Assembly (NCBI RefSeq): GCF_006345805.1
Contig: NC_043000.1
Coordinates: 91,202,001-91,266,000 of the forward strand
Origin: Octopus sinensis
Taxonomy: Eukaryota
Length of the DNA stretch: 64,000 nucleotides
Direction: 5' to 3'
In this document: piece after piece, positions 52,526 through 63,379 of the stretch
How the letters are laid out: each line of letters opens with the position of its first letter
How positions within the stretch are numbered: position 1 is the stretch's first letter
Position numbers and translations under genes: made by a program
The notes under the pieces: model-generated
What the model was told of the DNA's origin: nothing
Databases searched by the model: none
The model's input: only the letters and a program-made list of their open reading frames with translations

Positions 52526-53517
52526 TCAGGTCTCCGCTTGGAGCTACTGGTAACATGTAACCCAGTACAACCTGTTACATGGTCGGGTCGTTGGCGACTA
52601 AACTGGCAACCCCACCAAGATTTCTTGGTGAGGAGGGTGATTTGGACACCCAGCAGGACTAAAAACAAAACCTGTCAAATGGCAGAGGAACTCTCTCATG
52701 AGTCAATGGCCATCCAAAATCCGGAGTGGAGCCCCTAAGGCGGTTGGATTGCGCCATGCGTGCCACCTTCCGGCAGCTCCTGCATCTTGGTCTACCCCAG
52801 TCGTCTTGACTTTGTCTTGCCACTGGATCCGGCGCACCAGGACGAGAGATTGAGGCTGATCCTGCGCAAGTCACCCTCACTATAATCCAAGTCACGCGCA
52901 TGTCACGACATCATGACGCCATGACACCATTCCAAAGTCTTGTGGCGATGGGGAAACGGCGAAGTAGCAGGTGAGGATACACTGGGAGCTGCAGTCGTGA
53001 ACCCACACACAGGCGGCTCAGGACATGTGGTCGCCCCTCACTGAACTGAGGCAGCAGTGGAGTCCGGCAGCCTCCTGAGTGACCGAGCAGCCCTCTTCAG
53101 GATCGCTCTGCTCGCCTCCCCATGAGGACGGGGCTAGAAAAGGTTGCCCTAAACATAGCCTGCCTCACCTCACCCTGGTCAGCAAACCGCGGCTGGCGGG
53201 GATCCTTTTCAAGCGGTCGAAACAAAGAAAGAAGAAAACAAACAAAGGTGCTCACTTTCGCAACTTGGAACGTGAGAACTCTGCTTGACAACACCAAAGC
53301 GATTCGGTCAGCGGAGCAGAAACGTCAGATGCGTAAAGTCAGAGCCGCCTGCACCAGTAGCACTGCCCCTACCCACTTCTGCCCCACCTGTGGGAGGGGC
53401 TTCCTTGCCCGGATTGGCCTCACCAGCCACCTCCGGTCTCATGGCGGCAGTTCCATCAGATGATGTCAGTTGGTCATCTTCGAACCGAAGGACGAACATT
53501 ATTATTATTATTATTAT
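52526..53517 (+). mobile_element. Internally deleted RTE-clade LINE derivative (~1 kb)
   Basis: Long 5' UTR; APE start LTFATWNVRTLLDN joined directly to the C-terminal EQKRQMRK...CPTCGRGFLARIGLTSHLRSH; short 3' UTR and (ATT)n tail at 53498-53517. The 5' boundary is approximate. Confidence 0.88.
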
Positions 53518-53577
53518 GGCTTTGCGTTTACTTTCCTGTGGGTATGTATAAATATCTCAGTTATTTCCCTTAACTGT

Positions 53578-53632
53578 GCTCTGCTGACGAGGAAAAGCTA
53601 TTAGGCAAGTCCGAAATTGATCAATCCAGAGC
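53578..53632 (+). ncRNA. Type I hammerhead ribozyme motif with palindromic stem III
   Basis: Stem I GCUCUG(53578-83)/CAGAGC(53627-32); core CUGACGA (53584-90); stem II GGA/UCC (53591-93/53610-12); GAAA (53613-16); stem III within the palindrome AUUGAUCAAU (53616-25); cleavage triplet AUC, predicted cut 3' of C53626. Confidence 0.78.
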
Positions 53633-53781
53633 CATCTGTATTGTTATGAATTTCCGTTAGCCTGTTCTCTCGATTTCAACACGTGTGTAACTTTGTGATG
53701 ACTTTTAAAGTGGCTAGACGGTTTAGCGTCTATTTTCAGCATACAGGCTAGAATTTTTCTATGACCTTAATTATATATATA

Positions 53782-55050
53782 CTAGCAGGCGTATCCGTCG
53801 TTGCCCGGGGCTGTTTGTTACGCATGCTTGGTCAGCATAGTCTCCCCCGAAGTAGAGCTGAAGAAACTGAGGCCAGGCAGCGTCATGCGGCTGCATGGAA
53901 CCAATTCTATGGTAAATTTGCCCCTGCCCTTTAAAGGAAGGCATGAAATGCCAATCTCGTATGATGCTAGCGCCGAAGGAAGTCATTTGGAACGCGCAGT
54001 TGTAGGCACGTATCCGCTTGAGAAAGTCATGAGAATAAGGAGACGCCCCTGTCAAAAGATCACCCAAAAGGGGTGGAGGATCTTGTAGAAGAGGTACTGT
54101 AATCTTACCCTGGGAGCAGCACATGCTGGGAGTTTCTCCAGGTCACTTTTTAGCTCCGCAAAATTGACAGATTGTGGACATGCAGCCTATTTGAACGTCA
54201 GGGTGATTACTATAGTCAATTGTAAGATCGTAGTTGAATGATGTCATTGACCAGCGTGAGGAGCATGGCTTTGAGTAGGAACGCCAAGCAGCCCTTCGCT
54301 GAGTTGTAGCCTTCAGTCATTGTTGTCTTTCCCCTGTAGTCTCCGTTGTGCGCGCAGCAGCAGTTGCTGCAGCATTTCTTGTAAGTCGATCTGCGCGTTG
54401 TGCTTCAGTCTCTGTAGCTCGTGCAGCAGCAGTAGAGGAAGCATATCTTGTTCGGCGTGCTGAACGTTGCTCGTTGCTCTGGGCGGCTCGTTGCGCAGCA
54501 ATACGTGCTAACCGATCACAACGCTGCTCTTCACTTTCCCTGCTTCGCGCTGAAGCCATCTGAGTGCATTGAGAGAGTTCTTCCTGGTGGCATCCTCGGC
54601 AGATTCATTTGCATGCATACGTCTACTTTTCGTTACAGCATTTGTTTGCCGACATATATTGGATCTTTTGCGTCGAGGCATGGTGGAAAATTTTCAGTTT
54701 GAGCAATAGAAAAAGTCCTAAGGAAAAAGCGGTGAATTTGTAGCACACCCAAAATAGTAAAATGTAATTGGCAAAAATGTTAATCAAATAAAACGAATTA
54801 AGGACTTTTGATTTTGGTAAGGGTTTTGAAATGGCTAGTTTAAGTTGGAATAATTATATGTAAAAGTGCACTCACGTAAAAGCAGAAGCAAATCGTAACT
54901 CGCAAATGAATATTGCTGGCAGTACTGTGCAAGCAGTTGATAAGAGTTCGCCACAGCTGACAAAGTATTGATTTTTTTCCAAGTTGGGTGTGTATCACGT
55001 TTTTTAGCTGGCTCAAGCCAAATCCTAGGCAAATTGAGAATAGTTTATTT
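53782..55050 (-). mobile_element. Internally deleted Helitron (N-terminal coding region joined to the 3' hairpin-CTAG end)
   Basis: The minus strand ends CCCGGGCAACGACGG-ATACGCCTG-CTAG|T at 53782. Coding remnant from ATG 54681: MPRRKRSN..., ESEEQR..RL repeats, ICQFCGAKK*PGETPSMCCSQGKI, IRAYNCAFQMTSFGA, GQIYHRIGS, FLQLYF. The 5' end is not resolved. Confidence 0.85.
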
Positions 55051-55498
55051 ATGTTGGGGATGCGGAATTTCAGTTTCCATCTACCAAATCTACTCACAAA
55101 GCTCTGGTGTGCCCGAGGCTATATGTATATACTTGATCGATGTTGTTTTGCGTCATCGGAGAACGCCTCTTCCTTTTAGCTGATGTGTGTTCGTAACATA
55201 CGTATGTCACTGGTTCACCAGTTTACGGATAATTTGAAACACTGCAGTGTTTCGACCGTGTTGTATGTCTCCTCAGTCGAAGCTACCCCACCAGACCGAC
55301 GAATCTCGCAAGAGCACGAGTTCTTATTTACAGGAATCAGCTAAGAAATACTTTGTTGATGCATGCTGATGTCTGTCAAACTGATGATATTTCATAAGGT
55401 ACATGCAGAACAGTGAGAATCTAATGCAGCATTAATGTGAACGCTCAAGAGGCTGAGATGCTGGAATAACGTTTTTTTCTTCATCATACACTCCATAT

Positions 55499-55915
55499 GG
55501 CGCAGGAGTGGCTGTGTGGTAAGTAGCTTGCTTACCAACCACATGGTTCCGGGTTCAGTCCCACTGCGTGGCATCTTGGGCAAGTGTCTTTTGCTATAGC
55601 CCTGGGCCGACCAATGCCTTGTGAGTGGATTTGGTAGACGGAAACTGAAAGTAGCCTGTCGTATATATGTATATATATGTATGTGTGTGTATATGTTTGT
55701 GTGTCTGTGTTTGTCCCCCTAGCATTGCTTGACAACTGATGCTGGTGTGTTTATGTCCCCGTCACTTAGCGGTTCGGCAAAGGAGACCGATAGAATAAGT
55801 ACTGGGCTTACAAAGAATAAGTCCCGGGGTCGATCTGCTCGACTAAAGGCGGTGCTCCAGCATGGCCGCAGTCAAATGACTGAAACAAGTAAAAGAGAGT
55901 AAAAGAGAGAGAGTA
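55499..55915 (+). mobile_element. Full-length tRNA-derived SINE family A
   Basis: Head GGCGCAGGAGTGGCTGTGTGGT with B-box-like GGTTCAGTCCC, CTTGGGCAAG core motif, internal (TA/TG)n, CR1-like tail GGCGGTGCTCCAGCATGGCC-stem-loop-GAAAC, and AAAAGAG(T) terminal repeats. Confidence 0.92.
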
Positions 55916-56174
55916 TATGACTACTGACTTCTTTGACGTCGTATCTTACTAAAGACTCAGATGAAATCCATAAGATTCCGCATGACTGTTCCACAGTTTC
56001 GTTATCACAGTAATTTGTGTTAAAGCGATGACTGTCTCCACTTGTTTCGGTTGGTTAACCAGAAGAAAATAAAAGAGTATAATATAGACGAGATCGAAAA
56101 GAAATTTATAATTACGTTTAAAAATTGATTGACATCACGACTCATCATTTCTTTTATTCAATTAATAAGTCTCT

Positions 56175-56395
56175 TTTAAAGAAGATGATCCCATAACATT
56201 CAAATGGTACCTGGACAAATTTCTCCAAGAAATACCAGGGAGCCAATGACGCCAGGATACATGTTGGCAAAAAAACAACCCCGTGCTCCAGTGGGTTACG
56301 ATGTCCTAATACATCACTTAAAAGACAGCCCCAAGTGGTGCTATTAAGTTAAACATTTTGACCAATAATAGCCAAAATCCTTTTAAGTTATAACC
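56175..56395 (+). mobile_element. Old CR1-B-related 3' fragment
   Basis: FKWYLDKFLQEIP-like translation and GTGGTGCTATTAAGTTA...GACCAATAATAGCC, homologous to 25480-25670. Confidence 0.7.
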
Positions 56396-57491
56396 GTACC
56401 CGGAATTGATTAAATAGTATAGTAAATATTTTCAAAGTTGGGCTATGGAATCCAACCAGTATGTTGAATATTGTAGACTATTGTAGAATATGGAATGGAA
56501 TCCCTGATGTTGAAGTTTATGATATTGTAGATATGCCTGGGTACGAAATTTATAAATTCAGGGATTTGATATTTTTGTATGATTTGGATGTTTGTATACT
56601 TCCAGGAGTGGAGAGCACAGAGTTGAAGTTGGCGTAAATGCCACATATATTAGCAAAACCAAAGAATTCATTAAATTTAGATATTTTCATGAAATGAAAA
56701 TTCCATATTTCATTTTTTCCTTATGCAAGAAATAGTTTTACAAAATTTGGGCAAAACAGAAGCAATTGAAAATGATTTTGTTTTTTCTTTTAAAGAAAAT
56801 ATACATGTTGAAAATAATAGAAAATTCAGCAATAACAGTGTTAGGAAAATTTAAATTATAATGCAGGCGTTTTAAAAGTAGCGAATATTACATAATTCCA
56901 AATAAAAGTCTCTCTGGAGAACTCTGAGGTAAGACTTGGAATATTTTTGCCCTTCTAACCTATTATTTTGAGGGTAGAGTTAACATATACGGGAGGAGAA
57001 AGAACTACAACGAAAGAAAATAAACGGATAAATAAATGGGAAAAGAAACTGAAGAGTAGATAAGGAACCAAAAAAATATTAAAAAATGGTGAAAACTGTT
57101 GTTAAAATATATTACGAAGAGAAAGAATCCTCAAAACGCATATAAAAAAAAAAGATGAGGAAATAGTGTATGGGTGTGTTTATGACTTAACAGTGTTAGT
57201 ACATGTGTCTGTATGTGACTACGTGCCAACACACACAATCACAAGCACTCACACACAGACATACACACACACACGCATGCACATACGTATATATTCATAT
57301 TTATGTAAGTAGATGTATTTGTATCTCTTGTAAAGAAACAAATATGTACACACATCTATGTATGTGCACACACACACGCATATATATATATATATACACA
57401 CATGTATATAGGGAAAATACTTCAAACATCATACAGTACACATATGGTAGCATGTGCACTGAAGTTTTTGCATACTTATACATCATTTTAT

Positions 57492-57533
<42 letters not shown>

Positions 57534-58775
57534 TATGTATGTATATTACATACATATATATATAAATATGTATATATATATATATATACAAACATATACA
57601 TATATATATATACACATCCATTTACATCTATATATGTATATATACATATTTATATATGTGTATGTATATATGTATGTATACTACGTGCTTCTATGCATAT
57701 TGACAAGCACACAACTCGTAGTCTCTCACAACGACTAAATTTTCTATATGTATATTTATTTGGATAAATATGTATGCATAATTAAATACATGCAGATTGC
57801 CATTTATAAATATGTATCTAAGTGTCCGCATAGAGACAACATGTTCAAAATATATATGCCAGTGATTTATGCGTATGTGTATGTGTGTGTACTTATACAC
57901 ACATATATATATACATATATATATATGCATATATATATATGAGTATTTATGTATATATATTTTACCCACATTCATATATATATGTGCGTATGTATGTATG
58001 TATGTATGTATGTATGTATGCATGTATGTATGTATGCATGTATGTATGTATGTGTGTATGTATGTGTGTGTGTATATATATATATGTATACCTATGGATG
58101 AATGCATAGATGGACAGATGTGTATATGTGAGTGTATATGTCTCTTTCCCCCTCTCTCTGCCTCTCTCCCTCTCTCTATACACACACACACACACACTTA
58201 TATACATACATACATATGTACTTATATATAATCATTTCTTCATTGACACACATATTTCTTGTGAGCAGGTTTTCACGTACAGATTCTCTCAATGCGAGCC
58301 AATGCACAAGCATAGACGTACCTCTATTTTTTTTTATGCAATGAATATATAAAACATACTCAAGCACATATACTGAACTAAATAATATTGTACACCACCA
58401 CTTTATAAGGTGTTTCATAAGTTCTAATTTAACCTATCATTACTACATCGACAACTGTCATTTGACCATTATCTACTTCCGTCTCATATAGCTATGTGTG
58501 CGCACGGAGGCTGATGGTTCCACATCCCCTATACCATTCATTAAAACAAAATCACCAGTATCCTCCTCATCATCATCTTCATCATCATCACCATCCCTGT
58601 TCTCACATAATACTTTTTCTCTTACTTCCTTATGTCTTAGTCTCTGCGTTAAACCGTTTTATTTTGGTTTTTTTTAGCTACCTTTCTTTTTTCTTTTCTG
58701 CTGAACTATAACTTCCTTGCATTCTCAAACTAATTCTCTTTCGTTATAGGCGAGCTTTCTTATGCTTTGGTTATT

Positions 58776-59310
58776 GACGGCAAGCTAGCAGAAACGTTAG
58801 CACGCCGGGCGTAATGCCTAGCGGTATTTCGTCTGCCGTTACGCTCTGAGTTCAAATTCCGTCGAGGTCGACTTTGCCTTTCATCCTTTCGGGATCGATT
58901 AAATAAGTACCAGTTACGCACTGCGGTCGAGATGTAATCGACTTAATCCGTTTGTCTGTCCTTGTTTGTACCCTCTGTGCTTAGCTCCTTGTGGGTAGTA
59001 AAGAAATAGGTATTTCGTCTACCGCTACGTTCTGAGTTCAAATTCCGTCGAGGTCGACTTTGCCTTTCATCCTTTCGGGGTCGATTAAATAAGTACCAGT
59101 TACGCACTGGGGTCGATGTAATCGACTTAATCCGTTTGTCTGTCCTTGTTTGTACCCTCTGTGTTTAGCTCCTTGAGTTCAAATTCCGTCGAGGTCGACT
59201 TTGCCTTTCATCCTTTCGGGGTGATTAAATAAGTACCAGTTACGCACTGTTTGTCTGTCCTTGTTTGTACCTACTGTGTTTAGACCCTTGTAGGTAGTAA
59301 AGAAATAGGT
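58776..59310 (+). mobile_element. Tandem trimer of SINE family B with Tx1-like tail (type 2)
   Basis: Head at 58776; three cores GAGTTCAAATTCCGTCGAGGTCGACTTTGCCTTTCATCCTTTCGGG; tails ending GTAGTAAAGAAATAGGT; junction at 59003-59016. Confidence 0.9.
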
Positions 59311-60000
59311 TATTGACTTTTTGTCTTCTTCCGGATCGCTGTACCTTGTTCAAAGCTCTACTACGAACTTTTCCATCAACACTACTTTGGCGCCGTGATC
59401 GAGACTGACTCAAAGTTAAGCTATAATAAGCATTTAGTCGATCAGTTGGTCATCATTACAAGTTTAGATTATTTATTGCTAGATAAGTAGAATGATGAGA
59501 TAGAAAGCCAGTATAGAGAAAGATGATTTGCTATTAATTTGGATAGAAGGAAAAAGGGGTCTTCCTTTTCTGCAGAAATAAAGTAAATAATGTAGGAGCC
59601 CAAATTTTTAAAGCCGCTAAATTGAAGCAAATACGTCATAAAAGAACAGTTGGATTTGACCCCACGTTTGGCAACATGGAAATTGTGAGTTGATCATGTG
59701 TGCAAAGACACTTTCCGTTCAATCAACGGCTTTTGTTCACGTCTGGCGGTATGACTGGGACTTTCTGTGAACAGAGCCTACGAATACGGCTCATTTTAGC
59801 GTGAAAAGGTAAGAGTGAATTTGGCTCTTAGTGGAGTTCGCTTTCGACTCGTAGTTTTTCTCATAGCTACATATTCAACCCGGCGCGATAAATGAAGAAA
59901 CATGCCGCAGAACAAAGCAACAAGAATATGCAATGATGTGTAAAAATTAACCTAAATATATGGTGAAGATCTGCTGCACCTGTAATATTTATTTTATTTA

Positions 60001-60302
60001 TACGCCATTTTCAAGCCTAGCCAGGCTCATGGGCCCGGTTTCCCGGTTTCTGTGGCGTATGTGTTCCCCCCAGCTGGACGGGACGCCAGTCCATCACATC
60101 GTTACTCAAGAAACAGGAAGAAAGAGTGAGAGAAAGTTGGGGCAAAAGAGTATAACAGAGGTCACCACCACCCCCTTCCAGAGCATCGTGGAGCTTTAGG
60201 TGTTTTCGCTCAATAAACACACACAACGCCCGGTCTGGGAATCAAATCCGCGATCCTCCGACCACGAGTCCGCTGCCCTAACCACTGGGCCATCGCGCCT
60301 CC
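60001..60302 (-). mobile_element. Full-length SINE family D, tail type 2
   Basis: Head matches 14136-14319; tail matches 42406-42552. Confidence 0.9.
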
Positions 60303-60601
60303 ACGCACCTGTAATATACGCCGTTCTATAAAAAATTTACTCTTCTTGTATTTCATGAACGCTTTCAGCATTAGTACAGCAATAAATTATGTATACATAC
60401 CTACAACAAGCCTTTCTTCATAATCATGCCGCAATTTAATCTATTTGATGAGTTGTCAAACTCTTCGTCACTCAACTACGACCTTGTCCTTGACACAGTT
60501 ACACTGCAACATGACGAAAACTTTGTCAGAAACCAAATTGCAATTGAGACGAAAATTTCAACGCCTCATGAAATAGATTTAAAGTGAAATTAACAACATT
60601 T

Positions 60602-60763
60602 TGTTGTGTCTGGGGAGAGTCATTTTCTTTTTATGCCTTATAATGTAACACACTCACCGGTAAAATTTCCACTTATTAATTTTACCGGTGAGTGTGTTAC
60701 ATTTTATCGGTGAGTGTTACATTATAAGGCACAAAAAGAAAATGACTCTCTCCAGACACAACA
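60602..60763. repeat. Palindromic MITE-like element (~63-bp arms) with a ~20-bp duplication in the right arm
   Basis: TGTTGTGTCTGG.GAGAGTCATTTTCTTTTT.TGCCTTATAATGTAACAC pairs with GTGTTACATTATAAGGCACAAAAAGAAAATGACTCTCTCCAGACACAACA; inner CTCACCGGTAAAATT/AATTTTACCGGTGAG. Confidence 0.85.
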
Positions 60764-61339
60764 GAATATGCTTCAACACACGAACTCATATAAAGAATCT
60801 TGCAAACCAAATTCAAAAACGGAATAGCAACATTTGTCTTGTCAAATTGCTCTTCCATAGATAAAGTTAACCATAACAACAAAAAAAAAACAATATAAAA
60901 AAACTGCAACAATAACAATTACAGCAACACCGTTTAATACTCATTTTCGTGACGATGTTGTTATACATTGAAACTAATGGTCATATAGTAATGAAAGTCA
61001 GAACATTGTTGTGGTCAAACTACTGAAAGGTCAAATGTGATAAATGTATCACTGTGTTCATTGTGGGTTTTATTTAACCCTAGGTCAGATTTTGTCAAGC
61101 AGACGACGAGCTAAGTTGTTCCGTTTTCTTTCTGCCGTTGAACTGTAACTACGATCAGCCATTAACTTCAATGATCCAATTCGATCGTATCGACTCCAGC
61201 ACTTTCAGTCTCCTATTTATTTTATCGATCTTTTTTTATTTAATGAATTGTTTACTTATTGCTATAAAAAGACGCAATTCAATACATTTTACATACATTT
61301 ACGCAAAAACAAACACACCCACAGACATATAATATTCAA

Positions 61340-62120
61340 ATTTCAAATTTTGGCTTTAAAGTTCGGACGAGCGGGAAGTCGATTACATTGATCCCAACGA
61401 TCAATCGGTACTCATTTTATCGACCCCGAAAGGATTAAAGGCAAAATACAGCTGAGCATTTTGCCCGGCATGCTAACAACCCCACCAGCTCGTTGCCTTA
61501 TATACTCAAATAACGTTTGGTTCAAATTTTTGCACAAAGTCAACAAGTTTGTGGGAGGGGTTAAGTCGATTAAATCAACTGGCACTTATTTTATTCACCC
61601 CGAAATGATAAAAGGCAAAGTGGACACCGGCAGCATTTGAACCCAGAAAGTAAAATCAGAAGAAATGCCTCAAAGAATTTTCCCGGCACGGCAACATATA
61701 TACAAATAATATTCATTTCTGCTCTAGGCACAAGGTCCGAAGTTTTGGGGGAAGCGGCTAGTCGATACATCGACCCCAGTACGCAACTGGTACTTAATTT
61801 ATAGACCCCGAAAGGACGAAAGGGAAAATCGACCTCGATGGAATTTGAACTCAGAACCTAAGACAGACGAAATACCGCTAAGAATTTCGCTCGGTGTCCT
61901 AACGTTTCTTATTTCTTTATTGCTCACAAGGGGCTAAACATAGAGGGGACAAACAAGGACAGACAAAGGGGATAAGTCGATTACATCGACCCCAGTACGT
62001 AACTGGTACTTAATTTATCGACACCGAAAGGATGAAAGGCAAAGTCGACCTCGGCGGAATTTGAACTCAGAATGTAACGGCAGACGAAATGCCGATAAGC
62101 ATTTCTGCCAGCTCGCCCCT
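61340..62120 (-). mobile_element. Cluster of SINE family B copies, including a tail2-tail1 dimer at 61716-62120
   Basis: Four cores at ~61380-61450, ~61565-61650, ~61760-61860 and ~61975-62075; head at 62120; Tx1-like tail at ~61910-61965. Confidence 0.8.
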
Positions 62121-63159
62121 TTATATACACAAATAATATTAAAAGATTATTTGTAAAATCAGTGTTTTACACTGTGGAATATTCAAATGTACGAAGTAGG
62201 GAATTAGCATGACAATAAATACGCAAAAAATTCTTTAGCACTTCAAACATAGTCGTCAAGATTTGACTGGTTGGCAAAGAACCAGAATGAGAATTAAATA
62301 GTGGCAAGAAGTCATATTTTTATGATAATATAAAAATACGACTTTTTTGTAGAACACACCAAAAAAAAATACTGGCGATTTTTTGATAAAGTTTCTATTT
62401 GATAAACACTGAATGCTTTTCGTTCAATATGTACCAATTTTTATGATATGTGAAATCCAATATGTAAGAGAGGAAATATTTTAGCCAGTTGGTATCTGGA
62501 ATATCTTCAAATATCAATAAATTTTCTGTGAGATTTCGCCAATTCCAATCTTTTATTCAAAATTGTGGGAAATGTTTTACGCTTCTGAGAGAAAAAAGAT
62601 ACACAACCTTGAGCCAGTAATGTAGGGATGTCGTATTTTGTAAGAGATCGGTTGATTTCGTAATTTTTAATATATCGGCCAGATATATTTGCATTGTAAA
62701 GTGTTGAGGTGTTACCTTGTATGTCCGAACATATGCGTATTAAATTTTGTATTTTTTAATTTTTAAACTAGTGCGCTCGTTTTTAGGATAGAATTTGGTC
62801 ATGTGCTGCAGAAAGTGTCACAGGTAGCTAGATAAAAAAATTGATAGATAGATATAAATTAAATCACTTCCTGAAAAAGAAAGCTTAAAAATTGATAGCA
62901 ATTTTATTTCACTCACTGAGTCTGCTACGGAATCTTTGTTACTTTATGATAAGTCTTAATTCTTTTGTGGTTGAATATAAAAACAAAAGATGAGAATTGA
63001 TTTAACCATAAAATGGCAAGGTGGGTTTGAATTGTTTACCTTACATTTCAGAAAGGAATTCTTTATGGTCTTTCACGTAATGCACTCTTCATTTCTTTAT
63101 GTTCTGGGGAAGAACTCCAATATATTCAAAGAGTAAGATTTAAAGATATGAAACTAATA

Positions 63160-63197
63160 GGCGCGGGAGTGGCTATGTGGTAAGTAGCTCGCTAACC
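63160..63197 (+). mobile_element. First 38 nt of a SINE family A head, truncated at the LINE junction
   Basis: GGCGCGGGAGTGGCTATGTGGTAAGTAGCTCGCTAACC vs the family A start at 55499; homology stops at 63197. Confidence 0.85.
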
Positions 63198-63379
63198 TCT
63201 GAACTGTTCGGACGTGTTTCTTTGCGCTCTGTGAAATTCGGTTAAAAAAGAAAAAAGAACAAAAAGTGAATGGTTGTTGTTGTGAAATTTTGAACGTCGT
63301 GGATGCGGTTTCGCGTTTCACTGGTTCTGCGCGTTGCACTTTTTCGGTTCGGGAGGCCGTTTTTCGGTCTGAGGCGACT

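Noticed and set aside
52526-52700. HDV-like ribozyme expected at some RTE 5' ends
   Set aside because: I could not assemble the nested double-pseudoknot pairings by eye; a descriptor-based search is needed.
55296-55320. CCGACGA-ATCTC-GCAA-GAG hammerhead-like stem with GCAA tetraloop
   Set aside because: The core has U4 mutated and GAAA is absent; too degenerate to call.
59690-59815. Possible exon ending at a strong donor AAG|GTAAGA (~59808)
   Set aside because: All three frames contain stops and no acceptor or promoter evidence is visible; it could be a non-coding exon but is unsupported.
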